From Trichormus sp. ATA11-4-KO1 (GTDB taxonomy: Bacteria > Cyanobacteriota > Cyanobacteriia > Cyanobacteriales > Nostocaceae), in assembly GCA_019358915.1 (NCBI GenBank), contig JAHHIM010000026.1, positions 1 to 64,000 of the forward strand: a stretch of 64,000 bases of DNA. Direction: 5' to 3'. Under the pieces are notes generated by a model, which saw nothing but the letters and a program-made list of their open reading frames with translations, ran no database searches and was not told the origin of the DNA. This document shows, in pieces, positions 20,323-30,940 of this stretch; position 1 is the first letter of the stretch; every line of letters starts with the position of its first letter. Position numbers and translations under genes: made by a program.

Positions 20323-21486
20323 ATGCCCCAAGACCCCTATGCTTGGATTGAACAATCTCTAGCCACGATTCAGCGGGCAGATTGGTATCGTTCTGTACAA
20401 ACAATCCACGGTCGCCCTGGTGCTACTGTGCTGTTATCTGGGCAAGAGGTAATTAATTTTGCTAGTAATGATTATTTGGGATTGGCTGGGGATGAACGCC
20501 TGATGACAGCAGCAATTACTGCCATCCAAGAACTTGGCACTGGCAGTACTGGTTCTCGATTACTCAGTGGGCATCGAGAATTACATAAGGAATTAGAAAA
20601 GGCGATCGCCTCTTGGAAACAAACAGCAGATGCAGTAGTATTTAGTTCCGGTTATCTTGCTAATTTGGGTGTGATCGCGGCTTTGGTAGGTAAGCGCGAT
20701 GTCATTTTTTCTGACCAGTACAATCATTCCAGCCTGAAGAATGGGGCAATTGTTAGCGGTGCAGCGTTGGTTGAATATCCCCACTGTGATATTACAGTTT
20801 TGCAAAACCAATTGATACAGCAGCGACAACACTACCGACGCTGTATGCTGATTACTGATAGTGTCTTCAGTATGGATGGTGATTTATGTCCTTTACCAGC
20901 ACTGTTAGATTTAGCTGATGAGTTTAGCTGTATGCTGCTCATTGATGAAGCTCATGCTACTGGCGTACTAGGCAAAACTGGTGCTGGGTGTGTCGCACAT
21001 TTTGGATGTACAGGCAGGAATTTAATTCAAATTGGCACTTTGAGTAAAGCTTTAGGTAGTTTAGGCGGCTATGTAGCGGGAAGTGCCGTCTTAGTTGATT
21101 TTTTACGAAATCGCGCACCCAGTTGGATTTATACTACTGCTCTTTCACCCGCAGACACGGCGGCGGCTTTAGCTGCAATTGAGATCATCCAAACAGAACC
21201 GCAACGACATCTGCAATTGTGGGAAAATGTCACCTACTTGAGAAATTTAATGGCAGAACAACTGCCCCACTTCAAATTACTACCTTCAGAATCACCCATA
21301 CTATGTTTTCAGTTACCTAATGCAGCTGATGCTTTAAGAGTTAGCCAACAACTGAGAAGTAATGGCATTTTTGCCCCGGCTATTCGTCCCCCCACAGTCC
21401 CTACAAGTCGCATTCGCATATCTGTGATGGCAACTCATCAAACAGCACATATAGAAAAATTGGTGACAATTCTTAAGCATGTCTAA
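20323..21486 (+). CDS. bioF: 8-amino-7-oxononanoate synthase
   Basis: [45 protein letters not shown]. Confidence 0.95.
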   Translation: MPQDPYAWIEQSLATIQRADWYRSVQTIHGRPGATVLLSGQEVINFASNDYLGLAGDERLMTAAITAIQELGTGSTGSRLLSGHRELHKELEKAIASWKQTADAVVFSSGYLANLGVIAALVGKRDVIFSDQYNHSSLKNGAIVSGAALVEYPHCDITVLQNQLIQQRQHYRRCMLITDSVFSMDGDLCPLPALLDLADEFSCMLLIDEAHATGVLGKTGAGCVAHFGCTGRNLIQIGTLSKALGSLGGYVAGSAVLVDFLRNRAPSWIYTTALSPADTAAALAAIEIIQTEPQRHLQLWENVTYLRNLMAEQLPHFKLLPSESPILCFQLPNAADALRVSQQLRSNGIFAPAIRPPTVPTSRIRISVMATHQTAHIEKLVTILKHV

Positions 21487-21703
21487 ATTTCACCTAATAA
21501 AATAAAATCTGAAAATCATTAGCCATCTAGCTTGTGCTTGTATTTCTTAATTACGAATTATGTCCGCGTAGAGTGCTGTAGGCTCTATTAAGAATTACGA
21601 ATTATTTAAGAGGATCTATCGGTAGATAAATTCATAAAGTTTGCAAACTAGCTTAGGGTATGTATAGCCTGGCAACAAGTATTGGTTATATCAAATTATT
21701 TTC

Positions 21704-22640
21704 ATGCCCTATATTAATCATTCTCAGTTACTACGTTATGGCGTAGTTATTTTAATTGTTGCGATCGCTTTAGTAGTCATGCTACTGCTAGATCCCTGGC
21801 TAGACATGAGTAGAACTCCATTCCTACTCTTTTTTGGCGCTGTCATGGTGAGTGCTTGGTATGGTGGCTTAAAAACAGGGTTGTTAGCTACTTTTTTATC
21901 TGCTCTACTCAGCTATTATTGCTTCCTGACTCCAAAGTATGAGATGGGTTTTGACCTAGCTAATGTTTTGCGAATTGGATTGTTTGCATCACAGGGCTTA
22001 CTCTTGAGTATCTTATGTGAAACATTAAAGACTACCAAACAACACGCTGAGGTAAATCTACAAAATCTGAAAAGGAAAAGCAATTGGGGCACTAGGATTA
22101 AGCTTTGCCACTGTCCAAGAGTTTAATCAAGAAGACCAGGGCTTTATGTTAACCTTGGGCAGCAGTGTGCCCAAGCGATCGCCCGCGCTCAACTGTATGA
22201 AGCCGAACAAACTGCACGGTCAGAAGCCGAGACAGCTAGTTGATTCTTCGCCTGGATTACTGGCGGGAGTAAAAATACTACTTGTAGATGATCAAGCTGA
22301 TGTGCGGGAGTTTTTTATCTTGGCGCTGGAACAGTATGGGGCAGCCGTTAAGGCTGTAGCGTCAGCTCATGAGGCACTAGAAGTGCTATCCCAATCAAAG
22401 CCAGATATCCTCTTGAGTAATATTGGTATGCCTGTCATGGATGGCTATATGCTGCTGCGCGAAGTGAGAACATGGTCGCCAACGCAAGGTGGGCAAATTC
22501 CCGCGATCGCCTTGACTGCTTATGCTGGAGAAATCGATTATAAACAAGCAATGGCAGCAGGATTTCAAAAACATATCCCTAAGCCTGTTGATCCAGCAGA
22601 CTTGGTGCAAGCGATCGCTAGTTTGATTAAAGTATCCTAG
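21704..22640 (+). pseudogene. Collapsed hybrid histidine kinase (DUF4118 sensor, GAF tail and receiver; kinase core absent)
   Basis: DUF4118-like TM ORF, then out-of-frame GKAIGALGLSF...QQCAQAIARAQLYEAEQTARSEAETA, then a REC domain with the phospho-Asp position reading LLSNIGMP; no HisKA or HATPase. Confidence 0.75.
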
Positions 22641-22668
22641 GCGGCAAACAATTTAACGTTGATCAGGT

Positions 22669-23154
22669 TTAATTTTCCGTTGACTCAAAGACACTTTTTA
22701 GTAGAGCCAACCCTTCTTCAACATGAGAAATTTGCTCTTGTGTTAGACCTTCCAAAAGTTCAGCAATATGAGCGCGTGTTTGGTCTTGGGCTTGCTGAAG
22801 ATGATGTTTTCCCTCTTCAGTTAAGTTAAGAATTACCCGTCGCCGTTCCTGAGGATGGTAGTTGCGTCGGACAAAGTTGCGTTGTACTAGCCGTTCTGTG
22901 GTTACTGATGCTGTCGCACAGGTGACACCCAAGTGTTCTGCCAAGTCAGATAATGAAGCATCTGGATTACGGTTGATAAATGCTAGCGATCGCAACTGTG
23001 GTATGGATAAAGCAGCAGCACTGTGAGCACGCATATCCAGTCGAATAAATCGCATAACTAACGGAATTGTATCCATTACTCTGGCAGCACATTCTTGGGA
23101 ATTTGTGCTGTGCGTTTGTGAAGCGTCTCGCAGAGAAAATTTACCGAGCTTCAT
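22669..23154 (-). CDS. MarR family transcriptional regulator
   Basis: LSIPQLRSL, SLSDLAEHLGVT, ERRRVILNLTEEG. Confidence 0.92.
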   Translation of the reverse strand: MKLGKFSLRDASQTHSTNSQECAARVMDTIPLVMRFIRLDMRAHSAAALSIPQLRSLAFINRNPDASLSDLAEHLGVTCATASVTTERLVQRNFVRRNYHPQERRRVILNLTEEGKHHLQQAQDQTRAHIAELLEGLTQEQISHVEEGLALLKSVFESTEN

Positions 23155-23411
23155 GGGCGATTAATTCTCCTGATTACATTGCCATCACTGGCTTAAGACA
23201 TCCACAGATAAGGGTCAAGTCTATTAATGTTAGCAAGAGAATTGTACAGTTCCGACCAAAGCCATCAATGCTAATGCTATTTACTAACCTAGCATCTGAT
23301 GCGGTTTTTCACCAAATAGAAAAGACGCTTTCCTCAACAAAGAAAGCGCCTGATACCAATTTGCATGTCAGGTGCTTGATTAAGAAATTTCTCTTCCCCA
23401 CTCCCTGTAAA

Positions 23412-23987
23412 CTAAAATATGGAACCCAACTGCTGTAAAAACTCCTTTTCCTCTGGAGTTGAGGTACGTCCCAAAATGCTATTACGATGCGGAAAGCGCC
23501 CAAAACGTGCAATTATTTCAAGATGACGCAATGAGGACTCAATTGCTTTAGCACTATCAGGATCATGGCTCAGTTGCTGAAATAGCTTTACAGACTGACG
23601 CTGATGAGCCAGGTTTTCACTGTGTTCAAAGGGTAAGTAAATAAACCAGCGTTGCACAGGCAAAAATTGGCGGTCATAACCTTGTACAACTGCGTGCTGG
23701 GCTGCTGAAAGTGCTTCCCAGTCGGTAGCAAAGGCTTCAGGAGTGCCACGAAACATATTTCGGGGAAACTGATCTAATAGCAGAATCAGTGCTAAACAAG
23801 TTTCAGCAGCATCGATCCAGTCATCTAAATATCCTGCTGCCGCCTTTTGGTAATCTGGAAGAAACTGATTTCGCAGTTCCTGATCAAATTCTGATTTTTC
23901 TGTAAACCAAAAAGCCCTGGGTTTGCCATAATCTGGTGCCTCTGGATCACCAAACCAAAATTCCAAAATAGTCTTTGCCTGTGACAT
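23412..23987 (-). CDS. DUF924 family protein
   Basis: ILEFWF, LLDQFPRN, YLPFEHSE, FGRFPHRN. Confidence 0.92.
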   Translation of the reverse strand: MSQAKTILEFWFGDPEAPDYGKPRAFWFTEKSEFDQELRNQFLPDYQKAAAGYLDDWIDAAETCLALILLLDQFPRNMFRGTPEAFATDWEALSAAQHAVVQGYDRQFLPVQRWFIYLPFEHSENLAHQRQSVKLFQQLSHDPDSAKAIESSLRHLEIIARFGRFPHRNSILGRTSTPEEKEFLQQLGSIF

Positions 23988-23992
23988 TGCCT

Positions 23993-24550
23993 TTATTGAA
24001 CCTTACATAAAACTTGTCGCATTTTACGCATATTCGCTGGCAACTCGAAGTTCATAGCTTGTTGAATAAAAATTGCGGGGATGGGAATATTCGGGGTAGC
24101 TTGCACGTTATATGCCAATAAAGTACCATTTCCCCAATCTTTTAGCTCTAAAATAGCTGTAAAGTCAAGAAAAGTCCCTTTTTCCATCCGAAATTGGATT
24201 TGTTGCCCCAATACTTCTACGACATTGAGGTAAATTTCTACTTGAGCCGTAAAAAATAAAAAAGCTTTTTGTGCTACTTGATACAGATGTTTGACTTCGC
24301 CTCTGGATAAAACTTCGCTTTTGGTGATGTCAGGAAAATATTGTACCCAACGTGGGTAATCAGTTAGTTGCTGCCATACCTGCGATCGCAGTAGCGGTAA
24401 ATACATACATGCGGTAACAGATCCCCCCCAGGCTGTATGCGATCGCGTTTGCAACAAAATTTCACCCTGCATCAACAATGATTGCTTGTCTTGATTCCCA
24501 GGCATATCCGCACCTGTAATTATTGAGTCTGATATATGAGACACAGACAT
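23993..24550 (-). CDS. SRPBCC/polyketide cyclase family protein
   Basis: VWQQLTDYPRWVQYFPDI START-like signature. Confidence 0.8.
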   Translation of the reverse strand: MSVSHISDSIITGADMPGNQDKQSLLMQGEILLQTRSHTAWGGSVTACMYLPLLRSQVWQQLTDYPRWVQYFPDITKSEVLSRGEVKHLYQVAQKAFLFFTAQVEIYLNVVEVLGQQIQFRMEKGTFLDFTAILELKDWGNGTLLAYNVQATPNIPIPAIFIQQAMNFELPANMRKMRQVLCKVQ

Positions 24551-24707
24551 ATTTATTTTAGTTACTCCTCAACTTCTCCACCTTGTCGGGCTGAAACTAC
24601 AAACCATTAAATAGGATCGAGTCCAACCAATTAAATTCTAATTCCAGTGCTATGCTGCTGAAACTAGCCATTTCCAGGACATTATTCAGAGATTGTACTT
24701 AAAAAAC

Positions 24708-24723
24708 TGTATTTAATATTACT
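24708..24723. promoter_or_regulatory. Possible NtcA box
   Basis: tGTA-TTTAATAT-TACt matches GTA-N8-TAC in a divergent intergenic region; AT-rich context and non-ideal -10 spacing. Confidence 0.3.
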
Positions 24724-24755
24724 TTTAATCAAAACTATATTTTAGCTACTTTTAA

Positions 24756-24880
24756 TATCATGTCCGGTTAATCAAACTGAATAAAAAATTGTGGCTTGTA
24801 GTCAGGACTAAAGTCCTGGCCTTAGGGACTGAAGTCTCTACTACAAAATGTTTATTATCAGTGATTTAGCAGACATTATA
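24756..24880. mobile_element. Degenerate MITE with TA ends
   Basis: TATCATGTCCGGTTAATCA / TGATTTAGCAGACATTATA (15/19), with internal GTAG...CTAC hairpins. Confidence 0.55.
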
Positions 24881-25054
24881 TCAGATAGCAGCACTTTTAA
24901 ATGAAAAATTGTCTTGATAACAGTTAGAATGGCACAAATACAATCTCATATGCAAGCTGTATTTAGCCCTAGATAGAGTCAAACATTTGGTTGGATTGGT
25001 TGATATTTCATATATTTAAAAAGTAGTAAATTTTGAATTGAGAGGAAAAATTAG

Positions 25055-25249
25055 GTGCGTCAGTCTTCTTTAAACCGCACGTTAATCCAAGCTTTTGGAG
25101 TCTTTCTCGGTATAGGAATAGCTGTCTGGGTACTCAGAGGCTTTGGGATTCTCACATTTATTCCCGGTGGAATCATTGGGCTATTGTTTCTAGGAGCGAT
25201 CGCCATCGGGATTATCAGTTACGTACAAAGAACTTGGTGGCGTTTTTAA
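25055..25249 (+). CDS. Small two-TM hypothetical protein
   Basis: 64 aa, GAGG RBS, contains HIP1, directly upstream of rubredoxin. Confidence 0.7.
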   Translation: MRQSSLNRTLIQAFGVFLGIGIAVWVLRGFGILTFIPGGIIGLLFLGAIAIGIISYVQRTWWRF

Positions 25250-25263
25250 TAGGGTGAAAACAT

Positions 25264-25428
25264 ATGGAAACTTATGTCTGTACCGTTTGCGGCTACGAAT
25301 ATGACCCCGATGTTGGTGATCCTGATAGCGGTATAGCCCCAGGAACTCCCTTTGAGGAAATCCCAGATGATTGGGTGTGTCCCGTTTGCGGCGCGACAAA
25401 AGATTTATTTGCACCGCTAGATACGTGA
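25264..25428 (+). CDS. Rubredoxin (absent from ORF track)
   Basis: [54 protein letters not shown]. Confidence 0.96.
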   Translation: METYVCTVCGYEYDPDVGDPDSGIAPGTPFEEIPDDWVCPVCGATKDLFAPLDT

Positions 25429-25474
25429 AAATAACAGCTAGCCTAGAGGTAGGTGCTATACATAAAAGACGTTT

Positions 25475-26719
25475 TTGAACTTGCTGCCGTTAAACATTGT
25501 AGTTGTTGGGGGTGGGGCAGCTGGATTTTTCGGCGCGATCGCTTGTGCCAAAGCCAATCCTCACGCCCAAGTCACGTTACTCGAAGCTAGTCGCCAACCA
25601 CTGGCGAAAGTCCTCATTTCCGGTGGAGGACGTTGTAATGTAACTCACGCTTGCTTTGAACCAGCAAGATTAGTGCAAAATTACCCTAGAGGTGGAAAAG
25701 CCCTGCGGGGTGCTTTCAGCCGCTTTCAAGCTGAAGATACAGTAGCTTGGTTTACTGACCATGGTGTACATCTCAAAACAGAAGCCGATGGTCGAATGTT
25801 TCCCATTACAGATAATTCCGAAACGATTGTGGAATGTCTCATTAAAGCTGCGGCTAAATCAGGGGTAGAACTACGTATGGGGACACCAGTAGTTTCTGTA
25901 ACAAAATTGTCCCCAGCAGCAGGGTTTGAAATTCTGTTGAAATCGGGAGAAACAAAAAAGTGCGATCGCTTGTTATTGGCAACGGGTAGCAACCCTGTGG
26001 GTTATAAAATCGCCAAGGATTTTGGTCATCACATTGAACCGCCTGTACCTTCTTTGTTTACCTTCAACATTCCCGATCCCAAGTTGAGGTCATTGGCTGG
26101 CGTCAGTGTTAACCCTGTGCAGTTACGGTTATCTGTCGATGGAAAAACCCAACTAGAACAAACTGGGCCATTACTCATTACCCATTGGGGGATGAGTGGC
26201 CCGGCTGTCCTCAAGCTTTCGGCTTGGGGTGCGCGAGTTTTACACCAAAACCGTTATCAAGCCACATTATTGGTCAATTGGCTGCCGGATTTGCATAAAG
26301 AACAAGTCCGGCAAAAAATCTTAGCAGTGAAAACTGAATGGGCCAAAAAAGCGATCGCCTTACATCGTGGGGTTGATCTACCCCATCGCCTCTGGCAATA
26401 CATTGTGTCCCGTGCCGATATTACTCCAGAAGAGCGTTGGGCAGGAATATCCAACAAAAAATTAAATCAGCTAGTGCAAGAACTTACTCAGGGAGAATAC
26501 TTAATCAAAGGTAAGGGAGTATTCAAAGAGGAATTTGTTACCTGTGGCGGTGTCAACTTGAAAGAAGTCAACTTCAAAACAATGGAAAGCAAGTTAATTC
26601 CTGGTCTTTACTTTGCCGGAGAAATTTTGGATATTGATGGTGTCACAGGTGGTTTTAATTTCCAAAGTGCTTGGACAACCTCATATTTAGCTGGTAACTC
26701 AATGGGACTTAGCGACTAA
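25475..26719 (+). CDS. HI0933/BaiN family flavoprotein
   Basis: GGGAAG, SGGGRCNVT, GRMFP, LITHWGMSGP, GGFNFQSAW. Confidence 0.92.
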   Translation: MNLLPLNIVVVGGGAAGFFGAIACAKANPHAQVTLLEASRQPLAKVLISGGGRCNVTHACFEPARLVQNYPRGGKALRGAFSRFQAEDTVAWFTDHGVHLKTEADGRMFPITDNSETIVECLIKAAAKSGVELRMGTPVVSVTKLSPAAGFEILLKSGETKKCDRLLLATGSNPVGYKIAKDFGHHIEPPVPSLFTFNIPDPKLRSLAGVSVNPVQLRLSVDGKTQLEQTGPLLITHWGMSGPAVLKLSAWGARVLHQNRYQATLLVNWLPDLHKEQVRQKILAVKTEWAKKAIALHRGVDLPHRLWQYIVSRADITPEERWAGISNKKLNQLVQELTQGEYLIKGKGVFKEEFVTCGGVNLKEVNFKTMESKLIPGLYFAGEILDIDGVTGGFNFQSAWTTSYLAGNSMGLSD

Positions 26720-26796
26720 CTCTTTCCAGGTGACTCGTAAAATCTCTTTTTTGCAGCGATGTCTATGCCTTTGTAGTATCGTCGAAACGATAATGA

Positions 26797-27153
26797 CTAC
26801 TTTCGCCACCGATTGAGCCAATCAACCTGACCAACCCAATCTGTTGCTTCTGCCTGAGATAACAAGCTATCTAGTGCCGCAATCAAATCTGAAAGTGACC
26901 AACTATTCTGAGCAGCAAGGATAATACCACCATGTTGAGGATACTGTTGCGCCAGGGCAAGAAAGTCTCTCACGTTGAAAGTAAAGATACTTCTGCCCTG
27001 GGCAGTTGAGCGTAATAATTGAGTTTCATCACTAGCATCTAAGGGTATCCAATTATTTGGTGTCCGAGTGACATCATGCCCTTTAGACACCAATGCTGAA
27101 TGCAGCGACTTGCTAGAGGTATCTGCATCCAGATGAAGCTTGAGTTTAACCAT
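26797..27153 (-). CDS. DUF5615 PIN-like putative toxin
   Basis: LHLDAD...GHDV...ASDETQL...IFTFNVRDF...HGGII. Confidence 0.82.
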   Translation of the reverse strand: MVKLKLHLDADTSSKSLHSALVSKGHDVTRTPNNWIPLDASDETQLLRSTAQGRSIFTFNVRDFLALAQQYPQHGGIILAAQNSWSLSDLIAALDSLLSQAEATDWVGQVDWLNRWRK

Positions 27154-27529
27154 TAGCCATTTCTATGGATTGCTCAGACGCGATTTCCGCGTCAATCTGC
27201 CCCTTATTTAATGCGTAAAAACTCAGGGCTTCTTTTACCTGTGCTTCAGTAAGCTCATACTCATTAGCAATTTGACTTGAACTCATACCCCATTTTTGGG
27301 AAGCGACCGCCACAGTCTGCACTCGCATTCCCGTTCCTTTGATGACTGGCACAAGTTGTCCTTTTGCCCCCTGACGATAAGCAATTTGTGGAAACGATGC
27401 TTTGAGGGTACTTACTTTTTCTGTTACAGCCCACAGAATAAATTGGTCAAGTGACATACCCTGACTCTGAGCTAATTGCTCAATTTCATGCTTCAACTGC
27501 TCAGGTAAATTTAGGGCATATGCTGTCAT
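27146..27529 (-). CDS. DUF433 domain putative antitoxin with N-terminal RHH-like segment
   Basis: PVIKGTGMRV...IANEYELTEAQVKEALSFY; overlaps the PIN gene. Confidence 0.82.
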   Translation of the reverse strand: MTAYALNLPEQLKHEIEQLAQSQGMSLDQFILWAVTEKVSTLKASFPQIAYRQGAKGQLVPVIKGTGMRVQTVAVASQKWGMSSSQIANEYELTEAQVKEALSFYALNKGQIDAEIASEQSIEMANG

Positions 27530-27698
27530 TTTTAGTTTTTAACTCTAGAAACATCATATTCTAAATATAGAAAAAATTATGTTTATTTCGCCCTTCCCGC
27601 AACTTCGCCTCCGTTGGAGACTCACGTTAAATTAACTTTTTCTCTGCCGCTTTTGCATCTGTGTGGTTCAATCTTGTTAGATTTGCACACAACTAAAC

Positions 27699-28745
27699 AT
27701 GAAATTCAGCGAAATTGTCAGCAGACTCGGCGATGCCGTCACAGACCATAGCCTGATCACCAACCAAGACCAAGACCCAGAAATTACGGGTTTGGCTGCC
27801 ATAGATGAAGCGACAACTGGTAATCTTAGCTATGTAGAAGGCGCAAAATTCGCGTCTTTTGTCGGTATAACAAATGCCAGTGCATTAATTTTGTCCTTGG
27901 ATAAAACTTTACAGTTACAAGCACAAGAACGTGGTATTGCCTGGATCGCTACGCCAGATCCGCGACTGTTGTTTGCTAAAGCGATCGCATTGTTCTATCA
28001 ACCATACCGCCCTACACCAGAAATTCATTCCACGGCTGTAATTCATCCCACAGCAAAAATTGGTCAGGATGTTTACATTGGCGCTCATGTTGTAATTCAG
28101 CAAGGTGTAGAAATTGGCAATGGCGCAATTATTCATCCCAATGTAGTAATTTATCCAGATGCCAAAATCGGCGATCGCACAACTTTACATGCTAACTGCA
28201 CCATTCATGAACGCACCCAAATCGGCGCAGATTGCGTCATTCACAGTGGTGCTGTCATCGGCGCAGAAGGCTTTGGTTTTGTGCCTACCCGCACTGGTTG
28301 GCTGAAAATGGAACAATCTGGTTATACAGTCCTAGAAGATGGCGTAGAAGTCGGCTGCAATAGTGCCATTGATCGCCCAGCCGTGGGAGAAACACGAGTA
28401 GGACGCAGTACAATCATTGACAACTTGGTACAAATAGGGCATGGCTGCCAAATAGGTTTTGGTTGTGCGATCGCCGGACAAGCAGGTATGGCAGGAGGCG
28501 TAAAAATAGGCAATCGCGTGATTTTGGCGGGACAATCAGGAATTGCCAATCAAGTAAAAATTGGTGATGGTGCGATCGCATCCGCTAAAGCCGGCATTCA
28601 CAGTGATGTCGCACCGGGAGAAATAGTCTCCGGGGTGCCAGCAATCCCTCACAAACTATATCTCAAGGTGTCCGCTATATATAACCGCCTGCCAGAAATG
28701 TATCAATCCTTCAAACAATTACAACGCCAACTAGGGCAAAAGTGA
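27699..28745 (+). CDS. lpxD: UDP-3-O-acylglucosamine N-acyltransferase
   Basis: Hexapeptide repeats, GAEGFGF, IDNLVQIGH. Confidence 0.96.
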   Translation: MKFSEIVSRLGDAVTDHSLITNQDQDPEITGLAAIDEATTGNLSYVEGAKFASFVGITNASALILSLDKTLQLQAQERGIAWIATPDPRLLFAKAIALFYQPYRPTPEIHSTAVIHPTAKIGQDVYIGAHVVIQQGVEIGNGAIIHPNVVIYPDAKIGDRTTLHANCTIHERTQIGADCVIHSGAVIGAEGFGFVPTRTGWLKMEQSGYTVLEDGVEVGCNSAIDRPAVGETRVGRSTIIDNLVQIGHGCQIGFGCAIAGQAGMAGGVKIGNRVILAGQSGIANQVKIGDGAIASAKAGIHSDVAPGEIVSGVPAIPHKLYLKVSAIYNRLPEMYQSFKQLQRQLGQK

Positions 28746-28808
28746 TTGGGCATTGGGCATTGGAGAAAAAAATTAATATTAGTAATCTCCCCTTGTCCCC
28801 CTAATCCT

Positions 28809-28981
28809 CAGGGCTGTTTCATTCGCTTGTGTTGGAGATTTGTCAAGAGGATAATCTCACGCAAAGGCGCAAAGACGCAAAGAAAAATCAGGTATTTCGG
28901 ACTGAAGATGCCAAAATTTTCGGTCTTAATTGTGGATTTGCCCTTGCAATTTTAACCCTTTTAGGGAACGAATCAGCCCTG
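28809..28981. mobile_element. 173-bp MITE with about 10-bp TSD
   Basis: CAGGGCTGTTTCATT / AACGAATCAGCCCTG; flanks CCCTAATCCT / CCCTAATCCC, inside a CCCTAAT heptamer tract. Confidence 0.7.
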
Positions 28982-28983
28982 CC

Positions 28984-29895
28984 CTAATCCCTAATCCCTA
29001 ATTTTTCTAACACTGGCTTGGTAGAAACAATGTGACGGTCTAAACCTAGTTCCTTGGGGCTAACTCCTAAAGCCAAAGCAATTAACTGGGGTAAATGCAG
29101 AACTGGTAAACCTAACCGTTTCTCAATCACCTTTTCCACCTCTGGCTGACGAGAATCTAAATTTAAATGACACAGGGGACAAGGTGTGACTATACAGTCA
29201 GCACCAGTTTCTAAAGCTTCTTGAATATGCATTCCAGCCATCTTGAAGGACTGGGTAGTCGCATAACTAGATAGAGGCCAGCCACAACATTGAGTGCGAC
29301 CACGATAATAAATTGGTGTTGCGCCCACCGCCCGAAACACATTTTCCATTGCTTCCGGTTGGAAGGGGTCATCATAGGGCATAGACTTTTGGGCGCGGAG
29401 AAGATAACACCCATAAAAGGCTGCACATTTTAAGCCTGTCAACTTACGAGTCACACGTTTGGTAATTTCCTCTAAACCGTAATCTTTAACCAAGGCATAG
29501 AGGATATGTTTTACTTCCGTACTGCCACGATAAGGTGAACAGCCTTCTTTGTGCAGCAAGTTATTTACTTGCTCAATGTAGGCAGGTTTATTAGTTTGGC
29601 ATTGTTTCAGGTTTTCGTTGACATGACCAATCACACCTTGACAAGTGCTGCAATGAGTCAGTAGCGGCAAATTTAATTCTTCTGCTAAGGCGATATTCCT
29701 GGCGTTAACTGTATCTTCCAATAGTTGGGAATCTTCTTTAAATGTGCCTGAACCGCAACAAGCGGCTTTTTTCAGTTCAATTAATTCAATGCCCAATGCT
29801 TGAGTTAGGGCTTGAGTTGATTGATAAAGCTCCCGGCAAGCTCCTTGAGCAACACAGCCAGGGAAGTAAGCGTATTTCAGCGTGGGAGATAGCAT
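28984..29895 (-). CDS. HdrB/SdhE-type CCG-domain iron-sulfur protein
   Basis: YFPGC, CCG...CSTC, FYGC, CCG...CPLC; ATG at 29895 preferred. Confidence 0.88.
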   Translation of the reverse strand: MLSPTLKYAYFPGCVAQGACRELYQSTQALTQALGIELIELKKAACCGSGTFKEDSQLLEDTVNARNIALAEELNLPLLTHCSTCQGVIGHVNENLKQCQTNKPAYIEQVNNLLHKEGCSPYRGSTEVKHILYALVKDYGLEEITKRVTRKLTGLKCAAFYGCYLLRAQKSMPYDDPFQPEAMENVFRAVGATPIYYRGRTQCCGWPLSSYATTQSFKMAGMHIQEALETGADCIVTPCPLCHLNLDSRQPEVEKVIEKRLGLPVLHLPQLIALALGVSPKELGLDRHIVSTKPVLEKLGIRD

Positions 29896-30354
29896 AAAAG
29901 TATATTTGGGTAAGGGCAATTGCCCCTGATAATAACTGTTGTATCATTCCTCCTCAGTCTTACTGACGAGGGAGTGTATATTAGTTGGACATTCACCAGA
30001 AAATTTAGTAAGAATTGGTAATTAGAGGTATTTACATTCAGTGTATGCGATCGCCTAGTATTTCCTAGTGTAGTATTTCCTAGTGTCTGACTGCTTTTTG
30101 TGAAAGCAGACCCGATGAAACGAGTTTTACAGTTAAGTATGAAAACAAGACTAGGAAGTGGGGAGTGGAGTTTTTACTCAGGAAGGAAGCACTTTCAAAA
30201 GCCGAGGTGTACCCCTGGAGACTAAGGTTTTCTCAAGGAAAAGACCTTGGTAGTATACGGGCGATCGCGCTTTCCGATAAGATGTATATGCTCAAAACCA
30301 CGTCGCCCATAAAGAGCGGATAGATAATAGCAACTGGTCAAGGACTTTTATTGT

Positions 30355-30606
30355 ATGAGTCAAGCGGAAATTTTTGAAAAGGTCAAGAAAATCGTTGTCG
30401 ATCAACTCAGTGTTGAGGCTGACAAAATCACACCACAAGCTAATTTTGCTAATGATCTGGGGGCTGATTCCCTAGATACCGTTGAATTGGTAATGGCATT
30501 GGAAGAAGAATTTGATATCGAAATTCCCGATGAAGCCGCCGAAAAAATTACAACGGTTCAAGAAGCGGTGGATTACATCAACGACAAAGTTGCTGCATCC
30601 GCCTAA
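30355..30606 (+). CDS. acpP: Acyl carrier protein
   Basis: [20 protein letters not shown]. Confidence 0.97.
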   Translation: MSQAEIFEKVKKIVVDQLSVEADKITPQANFANDLGADSLDTVELVMALEEEFDIEIPDEAAEKITTVQEAVDYINDKVAASA

Positions 30607-30940
30607 GAAAGTGCTGAGTGCGCTCGCCATGAGCGAAGTTGAAGGGGAGTGCTGAGTGCCAAGGAGTCAAAAGTTATTGCTTCTATCTCCTTCTCTCCCC
30701 CTGCCATCTCTAGGGGAATTTCGTTCTCATTTCACTCAGAAATGAATTTCTTGAGTCATATCAATAGTCAGTTGAATCTGACTGTTGATCATACCTCTCA
30801 GTTTATTGCCAGACTGGGATTGTATATCGGAAATTGATTTTTACGAGGGTTAGTTGATAAATTAACAGCCCTGCTTTAGACCTCACAACTCAGCACTCAG
30901 CACTTAAATTTGCAGCTTTCTCGCCAATTTTAACTAAGAA

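Noticed and set aside
28746..28955. 69-aa ORF after lpxD
   Set aside because: Made of STRR and MITE sequence
29945..30015. CTGACGAG...GAAA resembling a hammerhead ribozyme core
   Set aside because: Stem II does not close onto GAAA, there is no stem III or cleavage triplet, and CTGACGAG is better explained as one arm of the hairpin CATTCCTCCTCAGT/ACTGACGAGGGAGTG
30649..30837. 62-aa ORF between acpP and fabF
   Set aside because: Begins inside a GTGCTGA repeat; no RBS or motif
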